A DNA stretch of 64,000 nucleotides from positions 15,748,001 through 15,812,000 of the forward strand of contig NW_026889805.1 of NCBI RefSeq assembly GCF_033153115.1, written 5' to 3'. Each line of letters begins with the position of its first letter. Within the stretch, counting starts at the first letter, position 1. Below the pieces are notes generated by a model that was not told where the DNA came from, ran no database searches, and saw nothing but the letters and a program-made list of their open reading frames with translations. The stretch comes from Saccostrea echinata. Taxonomy: Eukaryota. Below are positions 1 to 11,789 of this stretch, one piece after another. Made by a program: the position numbers and the translations under genes.

Positions 1-163
1 GAAGCGATAGCGGATTCGGGACATCTAATTTTAATTAGATTGAATTGCTTTAAAAATGTATTTCTTATCATAATGTACCAGAGCACAAGTTTCGAACTTG
101 TGTTTTAAATATCATTTTTTTCTTTATTTTATGGACAAAGCAGAAGTGTGAATGACGAGCAAT

Positions 164-899
164 AAAGGAGATGGGTGAACATGACGAACGATAAGCCTAT
201 AGTGTGACAAACATGAAGATGAAAAATTAAATTTCAATTATATCAAAATTTTCCTTGATATTTCGTCTAACATTAAAATATACTTTATGTAAAATCTCTA
301 CAATTTGCAAAAATCCCTCAAAGATCGAAAATATTTGCCTGTGAAATATTAGACACACAATAAAGCGGGCAAAAAGAGTCATTTTCGCATACTATAACAC
401 TATTTTTCGATATGAGTGGGTCTTCGCTCCACCTTTTTGAAAGTTAATCCTCAAAGTTTGCATACAAATATACATTTTTTGGTTACCAAAAATATGGAGC
501 AATGACCCACTATACCTTAAAAATATACTTTTATGACATAACATTCGCATCTTTTCGAGAAATACTTGAAGTCCATTAAATCAAGGGTCATATCACAAAC
601 ATGATTTAAATGCCACTGTTCGTCAGGACTTGTGTAGTCTAGTGGTTAGCGTGCTAGTCTCGAAAGAAAATGATACTCAGGATTTTTATTGCTAGGGTTC
701 GAACCCCACGAATACCATTTTTTTAATAAAAGAATAAATTTTGCCGAGAAAATTTTCCTCAGAAAAGTTTTGTTTATCACAATTTCATAAATTTCAATAA
801 TGAGAACTTTACTCTAAATATTAAATTCACAAACTGAACATTATTTTTATATTTCTGAAGCTATAGGCTTTCTGCACGCTATGTTCGCCCATCTCCTTT
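164..899. mobile_element. Non-autonomous TIR element (MITE-like), about 735 bp
   Basis: AAAGGAGATGGGTGAACAT...AAGCCTATAG (164-202) is mirrored by CTATAGGCTT...ATGTTCGCCCATCTCCTTT (861-899). No ORF inside. It contains a decayed tRNA-like A/B-box segment at about 632-712. Confidence 0.55.
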
Positions 900-1688
900 C
901 TCGTGAGAAGTGATGGAAATCCGTGTTTCTCAAGTGGATTTCATTGAAAAGCATTTCATTTTACCCCACAATTTGCTCAGTGCCAATTCTGTTCAATTAT
1001 AAAATAAAACAAAGTATTGCTGTTTATTTCCAATTTGGTAAAGGTTGATTTGTCAAAGCACAGAATCAAATATGAAACACTGTATAATTATAAATGCAAC
1101 ACAAAGTCTATAGTTAAAAGTTTTGCACGACTTAAATTATTCACCAAATTTAATGTCCACTGAATTATAGGTCAGCAACTGTAGCGAATTTATCTTGGAT
1201 ATCAATGATTTATTCTTGATTTACTTTTATTAGGGAAGTCTTCATTGAAAAGTACTCTATGATAAATGTCGGAGAGGAAAACTTTAAAAATGTCGGAAAT
1301 GAAAACAAAATGTTGGAAATGTAAAGTTGAATACAGTATTTTTAAAAAATTCCAGAAATGAAATTCAGTCAAAAGAAAATAACAATGTTTGCAGTTTTCT
1401 TCATGCAAGTACAAGCCCACTTTGAAAGGTTTACACTGAGGACATGAGGTCACAGATTTTGTAGGTGTATCTAGAATTCAGTTAAGCCCAGTCGTTTGTA
1501 TGTTAATGTTTGATTCCTAGCGATTACTTTCAGTTTATATAAAAACTCACATTCCTACATTACTTTTTGTGGTCTAGATCAAACAAATTTACCCAAAAAA
1601 GAAAAGTGAACTTATGAGAATCACATGAATTACATGTGTTCTGTCATCCTTTTAATTAGACTTGATGCTAAAATTAATTATTTACCAT

Positions 1689-1874
1689 NNNNNNNNNNNN
1701 NNNNNNNNNNNNNNNNNNNNNNNNNNNNNNNNNNNNNNNNNNNNNNNNNNNNNNNNNNNNNNNNNNNNNNNNNNNNNNNNNNNNNNNNNNNNNNNNNNNN
1801 NNNNNNNNNNNNNNNNNNNNNNNNNNNNNNNNNNNNNNNNNNNNNNNNNNNNNNNNNNNNNNNNNNNNNNNNNN
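1689..1874. other. Assembly gap (186 N)
   Basis: Run of N. Confidence 1.
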
Positions 1875-2064
1875 GAATCTGATTCGTCGAGAAACATTTG
1901 TTAAAAAACACTATTACCCGCTGAATAATGAAGCCACGCCCACCAGCGTAGCAACAGTTAACATTGCTTGACGACGGGTGTTTTTCCAAAAAATAGCGAC
2001 TGCGCAGAATTCATGCGCGCAAGGTTCACTGTTATATGTATTTATATAAAACATTCAGTATAAT

Positions 2065-2213
2065 ATAATAAATATTGCATGTAGTTGAGTGTAACATTGA
2101 AAATTTTCACCCCTCGAAAACCATTGTCAACCACGGCTGCGCCTCGGTTGACAATGGTTTTCTTGGGGTGAAAATTTTCAATGTTACACTCAACTACATG
2201 CAATATTTATATA
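2065..2213. repeat. Long near-perfect hairpin (palindromic element)
   Basis: Arms of about 68 bp, TATATAAATATTGCATGTAGTTGAGTGTAACATTGAAAATTTTCACCCC..GAAAACCATTGTCAACC and its reverse complement, around the loop ACGGCTGCGCCTC. Confidence 0.85.
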
Positions 2214-2372
2214 ATATCTCTCTCTATGTAATACACAAGTTTTGTAAACATACAGGAATTGCACTTGGAATCTTCAATACACTGAACACATAAGAATTAT
2301 TAAGATTTATTGAGACTACACAACCTTGAGTCATGGTCCACATGACTCCAACTACAACAAGGACATGGTCAG

Positions 2373-5300
2373 TCATTCATAAACCCAGGGAGCCTCACAG
2401 GCAGAATAGTTCATAATCTCGTCAGGTTTGAACCACAGATCAATTTCTCGCTTGGCACTTTCTACAGAATCACTACCGTGACATATATTCCTGAAACACA
2501 GAAAATCAATGCATGTAATCTTGTACTGATGCACGTAATTATCTGCCATGAAAACTATCTTCAAAGCTTGATAAAATGAAGTTGTCAAGTATTTGTGAGC
2601 ATAATGGAAAAAAGGCATAATCATTGTATATGCACTATCAAGAACTGAAGTCACTGTCCTGCTACTTAGGTTAAGTTGTGTAGTAGCTTATTTCTGATTT
2701 CCTGTTACACTGACCTGCCAACATCAATACAGTAGTCTCCCCTGATTGTTCCTGGATTGGATTCCAAGGGATTAGTTGCTCCAAGCATTTTTCTGCCTGT
2801 CTTAACTACATCTTTTCCTTCCCATACCTGTAAATTATTTCTGTACCATTTAAGGTTTTTTATAATTACTTATAATTTAAATTCAAGATCCCTAAATATA
2901 TTTTAAAAAACATGCTCCAAATAAGAAGTAATTTTTTTTTTATTTCAAACTTTATTCACTAATGGTAATACAACAAATTATTTTTCTTCAATATTGCCTG
3001 ATTAAATAAATTAGACTTGCCATGGCTACAACTGGTCCACTGGCCATGTAGGTGACCAAGCCTTTGAAGAATCCCTTACTAGACAGATCTGCGTAGTGTT
3101 TCTCTAAATGCTCCTTTGATGCCTAAAATATAAATTCATTCAATGTATCATTGTATAGCATTTATAATCAACAGTTCATATGTATGACTATACCTGTCAG
3201 TCACCCTGGGAAATAAAGGTTCATGGTTCAAAGCTAAATGTAAAAGTTCTGTCACTATTCCATCAGAATATTTATCAAATCTACTACATCCCCAAGTTTT
3301 AAAAACTACCCATTATGATTTACGCATTTTAATAATGTTATACCTCAATGTAGATAGAACGTTCATTGTTAATATGATATTGTCCTACAGACTCGGTTTA
3401 ACGATAGAATTAGCTCCATGTATTGGCAATGTAGCAAAATAAACATGGGCGATAACTCAAACTCTGTGCATTTACTATGAACAATCCAGAGAGTTCTGAA
3501 TGTCAACATGGCGTTAAATTTGAAGCGAGGAAAAAACGTTGAGAAAATGAGTTGAATTTTCATATTTATATGGATTATTTTTTAGGTTAAAAGGCATATG
3601 GAATCTCAAAAAGGTTTGTTATGATTAATTTGGTGGTTATTTTCAGTGATCCGCTCCGATTTGTACATAGCAAGTATATGGGACATATTCTAACTGTGGT
3701 GAGGGCTTGTGCCGAGACACAGTTAGATTATTCTAACTAACCTCAATGTAGAATAAACTTACTAAAAAACTCATTTTTAGCTCACCTCGACGAAGTCGAG
3801 ATGAGCTTATGCTATACCCCCGGCGTTGGCGTCGGCTTCGGTGTCCCGGTTAAAGTTTTAGGAGCAAGTCCCATTCCCAAGTAACTGTAAGCCCTACCTT
3901 GACCAAACTTGCATGGATGATGCATCTAGGGATGGACACTACCACACTTGCTTCGGATGCTGGATATGACCTAGATTTTCCAGATGATTGACCAGGTTAA
4001 AGTTTTTGGAGCAGGTCCATTCCCAAGGAATTATAAGCCCTACCTGGACCAAACTTGCATGGATGATGCATCTAGGGATGGACACTACAACACTTGCTTC
4101 GGATGCTGGATCTGACCTAGATTTTCCAGATGGGTCACTAGGTTAAAGTTTTTGGAGCAGGTCCATTCCCAAGAAACTATTAGCCCTACCTTGACCAAAC
4201 TTGCATGGATGATGCATCTGGGGATGGACACTACCACACTTGCTTCAGATGCTGGATCTGACCTAGATTTTCCAGATGAGTGACTAGGTTAAAGTTTTTG
4301 GAGCAGGTACCCAATTATAAGCCCTACCTGGACCAAACCTGCATGGATGATGCATCAAAGGAAGGACTCTACCATACTTGCTTCAGATGCTGGATCTGAC
4401 CTAAATTTTCCAGATGAGTGACTAGATTAAAGGTTTGGGAGCAGGTCTATTCCCAAGTGATTATTTAAGCCTTACCTTGACCAAACTTTCGTGGATAATG
4501 CATCTAGGGATGGACGCTACCACACTTGCTTGGGATGCTGGATCTGACCTAGATTTTCCAGATGAGTGACCAGGTTAAAGTTTTTGGAACAGGTCCATTC
4601 CCAAGTAACTAAAAGCCCTACCTGGACCAAATTTGCATGGATGATACATCTAGGGATAGACACTACCATATTTGCTTCAGATGCTGGATCTGACCTAGAT
4701 TTTCCAGATGATTGATCAGGTTAAAGTTTTTTTGGAGCAGGTCCATTCCCAAGTAAATATAAGCCCTACCTGGACCAAACTTGCATGGATGATGCATCTA
4801 GGGATGTACACTAACTAACCTGCTTTGGATTCTGGATCTGACCTAGATTTTCCACATGAGTGAATTTTAGCCATATTTTAACCAAATTAGCATGAATGAT
4901 GATGTATCTAGAGATGGACAGTTCCAGACTTACTTTGGATTCTGAATCTAATATTGATGGATATTAATCTTGGAATGTACACTAACTAGGAAAAAAATAT
5001 GATGTGAGATTTACCTTACTTATAGATAACATTCGTCGAGGTGAGCTTAGTAATCTTTGATTACCTATGTTTTAATTTCCATCAACAATATCATCATGGA
5101 ATGCCTTAGATAGAATATCAATAATTTAACTGTTTCTCAGAGACAAGCCCTCACCTCATATCATTAAACCGTGTCTATCTAGGGATCCTTACCTACCGAG
5201 ATTCAAAATCTAGAGACTGTAATTATTTTAAAAATAGGGAATCTCTCTAAATATTTTCTTATGGTGACAAGAATACAAACTCAATTTTATCTAGAAAGAC

Positions 5301-5779
5301 ACACAATTTAATAAAATGCAAGTCTCTTCAAGTCAAATCTATTTAAGGTTAGGCTTTCGGATACTACGGTAATTAACACTCGGTGTTCTTGTATATTTAC
5401 CAACTTCTTGCATTGTAAAATTAACCAACCTGATAGATATATTTAAAATATATATGCACTGTTTAAGTTTCTTAAAATTTATTTTGGCATTTTGACAATC
5501 TCGGGGATAATCCTTAATTTATTCAAAGAGTACAACTCCAGAAAATATGCAAGGAGTCACCGGGAATGTACGATGCGATAATTAAGCGTTTCTGACATAT
5601 ATTTTAATATATTATTGGATATATTATCATGCTTTTCAGTTATAATTTACCTGCATTTGTTTACAGGCAACGAGTTTGTAGCCTCTTTGTTCAAATCTCT
5701 TCATAATTTCACCGACAAGTCCTCTTTGGACTCCGTCGGGCTTGACCATAATAAATGAACGTTCGTTGTTGGCAGCCAT
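2373..5779 (-). CDS. NME: Nucleoside diphosphate kinase, group I (NME1/2, awd-like), 153 aa, 4 coding exons
   Basis: Exons 5779-5651, 3122-3021, 2827-2715 and 2490-2373 join in frame (462 nt): [30 protein letters not shown]...HYADL...[13 protein letters not shown]...[32 protein letters not shown]. The catalytic His motif is intact. Intron 2 is GC-AG. AATAAA lies at 2311-2306. Confidence 0.97.
3774..5071 (+). mobile_element. Helentron-type non-autonomous element (HINE/DINE-like) carrying about 7 copies of a ~146-bp tandem repeat, in NDPK intron 1
   Basis: Begins T-rich with AGCTCACCTCGACGAA followed by its partial inverted copy, then a short GGCGTY microsatellite. Repeat anchors GGTTAAAGTTTT occur at about 3848, 3994, 4141, 4287, 4425, 4573 and 4719. 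The 3' sub-TIR is TTCGTCGAGGTGAGCT (5032-5047), followed by a short terminal palindrome TAATCTTTGATTA. Confidence 0.8.
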
Positions 5780-8433
5780 TTCTGACGAAAAGGAAGAGAA
5801 GATAGCAAGCAAGGTCGCGACCATGTGGCTCACTACGTAAAAGGAAGTTGCCGGAGACACCGAAAAATCACGTGGCCGTACACCGGCTAAACTGGTTTAT
5901 ATTTACCATAGGAACCAGTCAATGCCCAAAAATTAGGCCGTACGTTATTATATTCGTATGTATATTATTAAAATTTAGTAAAGCGATGTCAGTGTAGGTG
6001 TAGCTAACACATGGAATATATTTTTTTCCATTAAAAAAAAAACCCAGAGACATAAATGTCTCTGAAAAAAAGTGAAAATAGACTCCCTTAACCTATGACT
6101 AGAACCAATTAAAGAACAGAAGTTGTCAATTGTAACAAGAAAAATTTCAAGTAAAGAAAACGGTCTTTTTTTTCAGATACAACGGTATATACAGCACAAT
6201 GTAGAACAATATTTAGAAACTGTATATCGACTACCAATTTGCCATTAAATGAAGTGTAAATTAGCCACTTAGCAAAATAAGTCAATATTTCTGTTTTTCA
6301 AATAGGGAATCCCCATTGTTCTGGAAAATTGCCTCCTTGAAACAGAATGAATTTGATATATGTAAAAAGAGACAGGATTTTTCTTCAAAACTGCCATTTC
6401 CGATTTTTGTTTCAAAGAGGCATATTTTTGAAAATCACAAAAATCGTATAAAAATTATTATCCACCCGAAATGGAAAATGTGCACATAAAATAGCACATG
6501 ATACTTCAGTGTCGGAGCTGGTCTAGTGGTAAAGCGTGTGGACTCTTTGCGAAGATTCTTTTACCTGAGAATAGGTTCTGGAATGGCTGGTATATATACA
6601 TATTTTTTTTTCCTGAATTAAATAATGGAAGTACAATGTAACATCTCTCTTGAGAGAGAAAGAGAGGGGGAGATGTCGTAAAATTAATGAGATATATTTT
6701 AAATGCATGCAGAATTAAATTGTTTTCCTTGATATTGTGATCTAAATCAAATAAGACATATATTTAGTGACGATGTCTTAAAAAATAAAGTACTATCATT
6801 TTAAATAATTTAATTTTTTCATACTCATTTCGTTTCATTATTGTTCTGTTAATTAGTTGCTCAGATTTGACTTGAAACAACTAAATTGAAATGACTCAAT
6901 GGAATTTTTTGGATATTGCATCAACAGCGTGATTATTGGACACATTTTTGTATACATATTAAAAAATATTAACGCATGCTGTCTACAGCACATCTTTCAA
7001 AATGACGTGCGAGATGCATTTGCCATTAATTGTGCATTTTATCGTTCTAACTTTTCGCGTGCAATATGGCGATAGTGACCATAGATGTGAAAAAAAAGTT
7101 TACTATCAGGTCGCCAGTCTATAGGATAGGATAATTTTTATTTAAAGTCGGATAAATCAACAAGATAGGAAACACTATGCATGAAATAAAGGTAAAATGT
7201 GAAATGTTTTGTTATAACAAGCTGGACATACTCGCCGTATAAATAAAGTCATCTACGTAGCATTACATATATTTAGAGATAACTCTTCATGCGTCGTGGG
7301 TATTAATGTCCTTCTCGATATAGGGAATAATCGCGAGTTTCTGCAACACCCTCTTTACAGATTATTGAGTTTGGAAGCATGCATCAAGACCCCTGTGTAC
7401 CAGTTTACTGGTTTTGTATTTGTATCTATTGTATTGTCAATGTAACCTTACTTGTCGCGTTAGAGAGAGAGAGAGAGAGAGTTATCATCAATGCTTTCTT
7501 CTGCTTTCAATGCTTTACTTGAAATTAAGTATCATGTACAATGTAATTAACTTTTTTTTTAATTTTTCCTGGTCTTGTAATTAACTAACTGTACCCTTAA
7601 CAGGTAACGTTATACATTCAATTGATCTTTCATGCATAGTTTCATCGATACATTAGTATAACATTAAGCCAAGAATATTATAGAGAAATTAATCGAGTTA
7701 CTCTTTATCAAAATCTCCCCATACCTGATCTCAAGACCATAAACTGAGAACAGACTTTTAAAGTCAAAATTCCAGATTTGTATAACGTAAAATAATTCTG
7801 AAAAGGAACAAAATTTTCATAATGCATTTCTAAATCAATCAAAGTTGCAGCTTTTTAAAACTTTTTTTTTTAAATGAAAATTAAGATAGATAAAATCTAG
7901 ATTTTGACCTCTATTTAAAAATCTATTAATTTTCAATTTATGGTTTTCAGGCCAGAGGTCAATATTGTAGACAGGCATTTTGTGCAATTTCACATTCAAT
8001 ATTCTCGTAGTTTAAATATCTTCATTTCATTTGTTGATTTTAAAACAAATATAACAATAAAAGAAACGCCACAAAAGAAAAAATGTCATTTCGATCAGAA
8101 TCGACGATAATTTGTCTTTTTCCAACTAAAAGGAAGAGATGATGAAAAAATCATTATTTGAAATCTTTTATCAAATAAATATATTTAATGTCATTATTTT
8201 AATTTTTATTTAACCAAAATATTCCATATATATACTTTCACTGGCATGTAACGTTAAACAGTTTCATTGTCACTTTTGAGTTTGACACTCTGGAAATGTT
8301 TTGATGGTCATACAGCAATATATACTGGGGACATTCTGATCGCTGCATGTGACTGTCTAGTGAAACACAAGACTGATATTTAAGTTCTCCTGATCACCAT
8401 TTTATTTTGTCACTTCATTAAAAAATCCTTCAT

Positions 8434-8949
8434 TTAATGCCGTGAACTATTCGATCTACTCACATTGATCCTGCTACACGGAAGCGGAAATCGATCTCCC
8501 TTTCCGCTTCTCATCCGGCTCATGTGTGTTTCGTGATTGTGCAAACGAATTGAAACATTATTTAATTCTTGTTCCGAAAGTGTTTTCTGTTTTTTCGCAC
8601 AATCACTCTCTTCACTTGACGACTTACTGGACAGGCTTTGGCGTAGAGCTGGTGCGCTTTTGGGATGGTTTAACCTTGTGACTATTTCCTCTATTCCCTC
8701 CTGGTCAAGCTCTCTAAATGCCGGGGCTCGTGGAACGACATACTCCCCTCGAGAATTCGCATCGAACAGCCTTCTTCTCATTCGCCTCTGCAACGCTTCG
8801 GACTTCTGTTCCTCTTTTTCCTTCGTCCTGAGACTGAAGGTGCGCGTCACTTTGGCGATTTTATGTTTACCAAAGGGCTCCGGACCTCCATAAATGTGGC
8901 GTATGTTTAGATCAGTTATTCTCTTATTTGTCAACCAAAAACCAGCCAT
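8434..8949 (-). CDS. Uncharacterised basic protein, 171 aa, single coding exon, paralog 1
   Basis: Open frame from ATG 8949 (MAGFWLTN...). It is collinear at protein level with the ORF at 10473-11030 (IYGG, KEKEE, LFDxNSRGExVVPxAPAF, EIVTRLNxPK, RLHxHETxMSR) while the flanking DNA is unrelated. Confidence 0.85.
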   Translation of the reverse strand: MAGFWLTNKRITDLNIRHIYGGPEPFGKHKIAKVTRTFSLRTKEKEEQKSEALQRRMRRRLFDANSRGEYVVPRAPAFRELDQEGIEEIVTRLNHPKSAPALRQSLSSKSSSEESDCAKKQKTLSEQELNNVSIRLHNHETHMSRMRSGKGDRFPLPCSRINVSRSNSSRH

Positions 8950-10472
8950 TTTCCAAAACAGAGCACCTGGAAAAGTTGTTTTACATTGGGCGTCTAACAA
9001 CAATTAAGCTCTTTCGATTGTTACGAACAACGTTGATTTATGCTGTATATGATGTGATGCAAACCGTGCAAAAACATAATTAGTGTAAGTAGATTTAAAT
9101 TTCTTAATCACATAAAATAAAAACACTCCGTTCCTTTTGTTTATTTAATCTATTATAATGCGGTCACTTAAAACTGTACAAACGATTAAAGGGACAAGCA
9201 AGAGAACTGTAGCTGACAAAATGACATAGAATTAAAGTTTAGATGTTTTTGTTTTAGCATGGCAAGTCAGAAAAAAATTAAAACGTGTTTAAAGAATTTC
9301 ACACATCAGTAAACTATAGTTGTGTATTCAACACTATTCAAGACTCGTGTAAATTTGACACCCCCTCCTTTCAAATTCACAGATTCAAGACCGACCCTAA
9401 ATACAGCCTGTCATTAGATACAATAGATACTGTTCTCTAGATTAATTAAGAGATTTCAAACACGACTAAAGACAACGATAACACGATATAGTATACAATA
9501 GCAAGAGTACTAACATCAGATACAATATCTACTGACATATAACGATAGGCTGAAGGGCTACCCAAAGCTACAGAGTATCAATGCGTTCAGACCAGAATGA
9601 TCATTAGTACTTAACCAAAGAAAAAGAATCGCCTTCTGTGACCGCCTTATCCAAGGCGTGGAATCTCTCTACGAGACTTTGCAAGTACTAATGGTTTTGG
9701 ATGTTACCCAATTTACTGCATACCACAACAAAAATGTACATGATCGAAGAAATCTCCGTCTTTGTATAAGTCTACTTTCTGGAAGAGTGACCGGTGCAAT
9801 TCTTTGAACAAATTTTTAATGGACACTTGATTTTGAATTTGTGTAGCATTGAAAATGCTTTAAAGGTTTTTCCTTTCCAGTTGCTAGAATGATGTTACAT
9901 TAAACATGTAATAATTTATATATAATATAATAATTCATTTATTGCAGTAATTAATGTATTTGAAAACATTACAACTTTCATTTCAAACATAAAAAGTATT
10001 TAAATGATACACCCGTCCTTGAAGTCACTTGGATTAAATAATATTTTTCCGCACAGACTATATGCATGCACATTGCGTTAAACTTGATTTACTTTGGCTC
10101 ATGAGAATAAAATAGTTTAGAATGTATATCCACGAAAACAACAGTTTAAGAAGTACATGTACTTCCTTTATAAAAACATCACTGCGTCTTTTTGCATACA
10201 TGTACAACGTTAGTTACTCAAACAAAATCAATATGCATACAATGTTTAAATCTGACGCAACACTTGGGTTGATCAGAAGATTTGATTACATGAATACAAT
10301 TGCACTTGCTAACAGTCTTAATGATAGATTAACACGTGTATAAATGACGTTCTTCTTTGCCTTGATAGCAAAATCCCTCAAGGAAAAGTTTTCTTGGTCT
10401 TGTATGTAATGACTTAAATTATTGATCCAATACTTTTGATAATTTTAAATTACCACAAAATACAATTCTTTT

Positions 10473-11030
10473 TCAGTGGTGAAGATTCCATTTCTTGATT
10501 ATCTCTGAGTAGTCCGTTCTGTGAGCTGGAGCACTGGTGGCGCGTTCTAGCGCACTGCGTCTTCGCGGCGGAGGTAGCCTGACTCCTCGACTGCTTCTCA
10601 CTCGACTCATGTAGGTCTCGTGACAGTGCAAACGAGTAGAAATATTACTCACTTCTCTCTCCGTAACTGGTTTTGCTGACTTCGCTCTCTTCTCTTCCCT
10701 CTCAATTTTCGATTTGTCCGAATGATGGCAGATTGTAGCAGTTTTTGGTCGATTTAATCTTGTGACAATTTCATTCACTGAATCATGGTTAACTTCATTA
10801 AAAGCTGGAGCTTTCGGGACTACAAATTCACCTCTAGAGTTCCTGTCAAACAGGTGTCTCATGGTTCTCTTTCGCATAGCTTCAACCCTCTCCTCTTCTT
10901 TTTCTTTACATCTAAGATAAAACGTCTTTGATTCACGAGGCGAGTTCATTTTCAAGGGTTTCAGTCCACCATAAATGTTTCTGATGCCATAAGCAGTGAT
11001 TTGATTGTTTGATAGATAAAACCCCGCCAT
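10473..11030 (-). CDS. Uncharacterised basic protein, 185 aa, single coding exon, paralog 2
   Basis: Open frame from ATG 11030 (MAGFYLSN...) with the same conserved blocks as 8434-8949. Confidence 0.85.
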   Translation of the reverse strand: MAGFYLSNNQITAYGIRNIYGGLKPLKMNSPRESKTFYLRCKEKEEERVEAMRKRTMRHLFDRNSRGEFVVPKAPAFNEVNHDSVNEIVTRLNRPKTATICHHSDKSKIEREEKRAKSAKPVTEREVSNISTRLHCHETYMSRVRSSRGVRLPPPRRRSALERATSAPAHRTDYSEIIKKWNLHH

Positions 11031-11789
11031 CGTTTCCTTTACCACAGTGGAACGGTTCCCGGATTCTGTCACTAGTTATCCGGAGCCACATTAGCGTCTT
11101 CTTGAGACATGTGACGTCCAGATCTAATTTCCCTTAGAAAGTTTCCAAGTTGGTCTAATATCTAACCTACTTAGTTCTTTGTTCTGACTTAAAATAACAA
11201 AAAACCATTTTTTGTTATCTGGTATATTCAATCGTTAACCACAAGGCGCCCCCTATTGTAAAAATTAAATGCTCAGTAGTTCACACCAAACAAATCATCT
11301 ACTGCGTTTATTTTGGATATAAGGCCCCGTGTCCAGAAATATAAATCAAAATATAAATATTTTTGACATGGTCGTTATTTTGAAAAACTAACATAATAAT
11401 CTCAGCAATCCTTTTATGATACTGATTACTTAGAAGCTTACAGCATGGTTCTAATATTCTGGATATATTTATCTTAGAATATCATCTTAACATACGACAT
11501 AACGATAGCGTATTGTCTCTCATAATGTGCAGTAAAAACTTAACATCAATAAGGAATAACATGGTTGTATGAAAATATATGGCTGTGCCCCCCTTCTGAA
11601 ATTGTTTCCTACGGGCCTGAATAATAAAGCCACGGTACAGTTTTCCTCTCCCCTTGGCCATTTTAGAAGTCCAGGGACATACTTACCCTTGTTCTAAACG
11701 TATATCATTTGAAATCTCTTTCCTAAATGCCCGAGTACTAGTATTCCTTCTTAATTAAGAATCGAAATGTTTTTGTAAAATTGGAGATC

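Noticed and set aside
630-715. tRNA gene (also 6511-6590)
   Set aside because: A- and B-box-like motifs are present but no cloverleaf can be drawn. These are more likely decayed SINE heads.
1625-1989. ORFs spanning the N run
   Set aside because: Artefacts of the assembly gap.
8537-8893. 118-aa plus-strand ORF
   Set aside because: It is the antisense shadow of the conserved minus-strand ORF and has no counterpart in the paralog.
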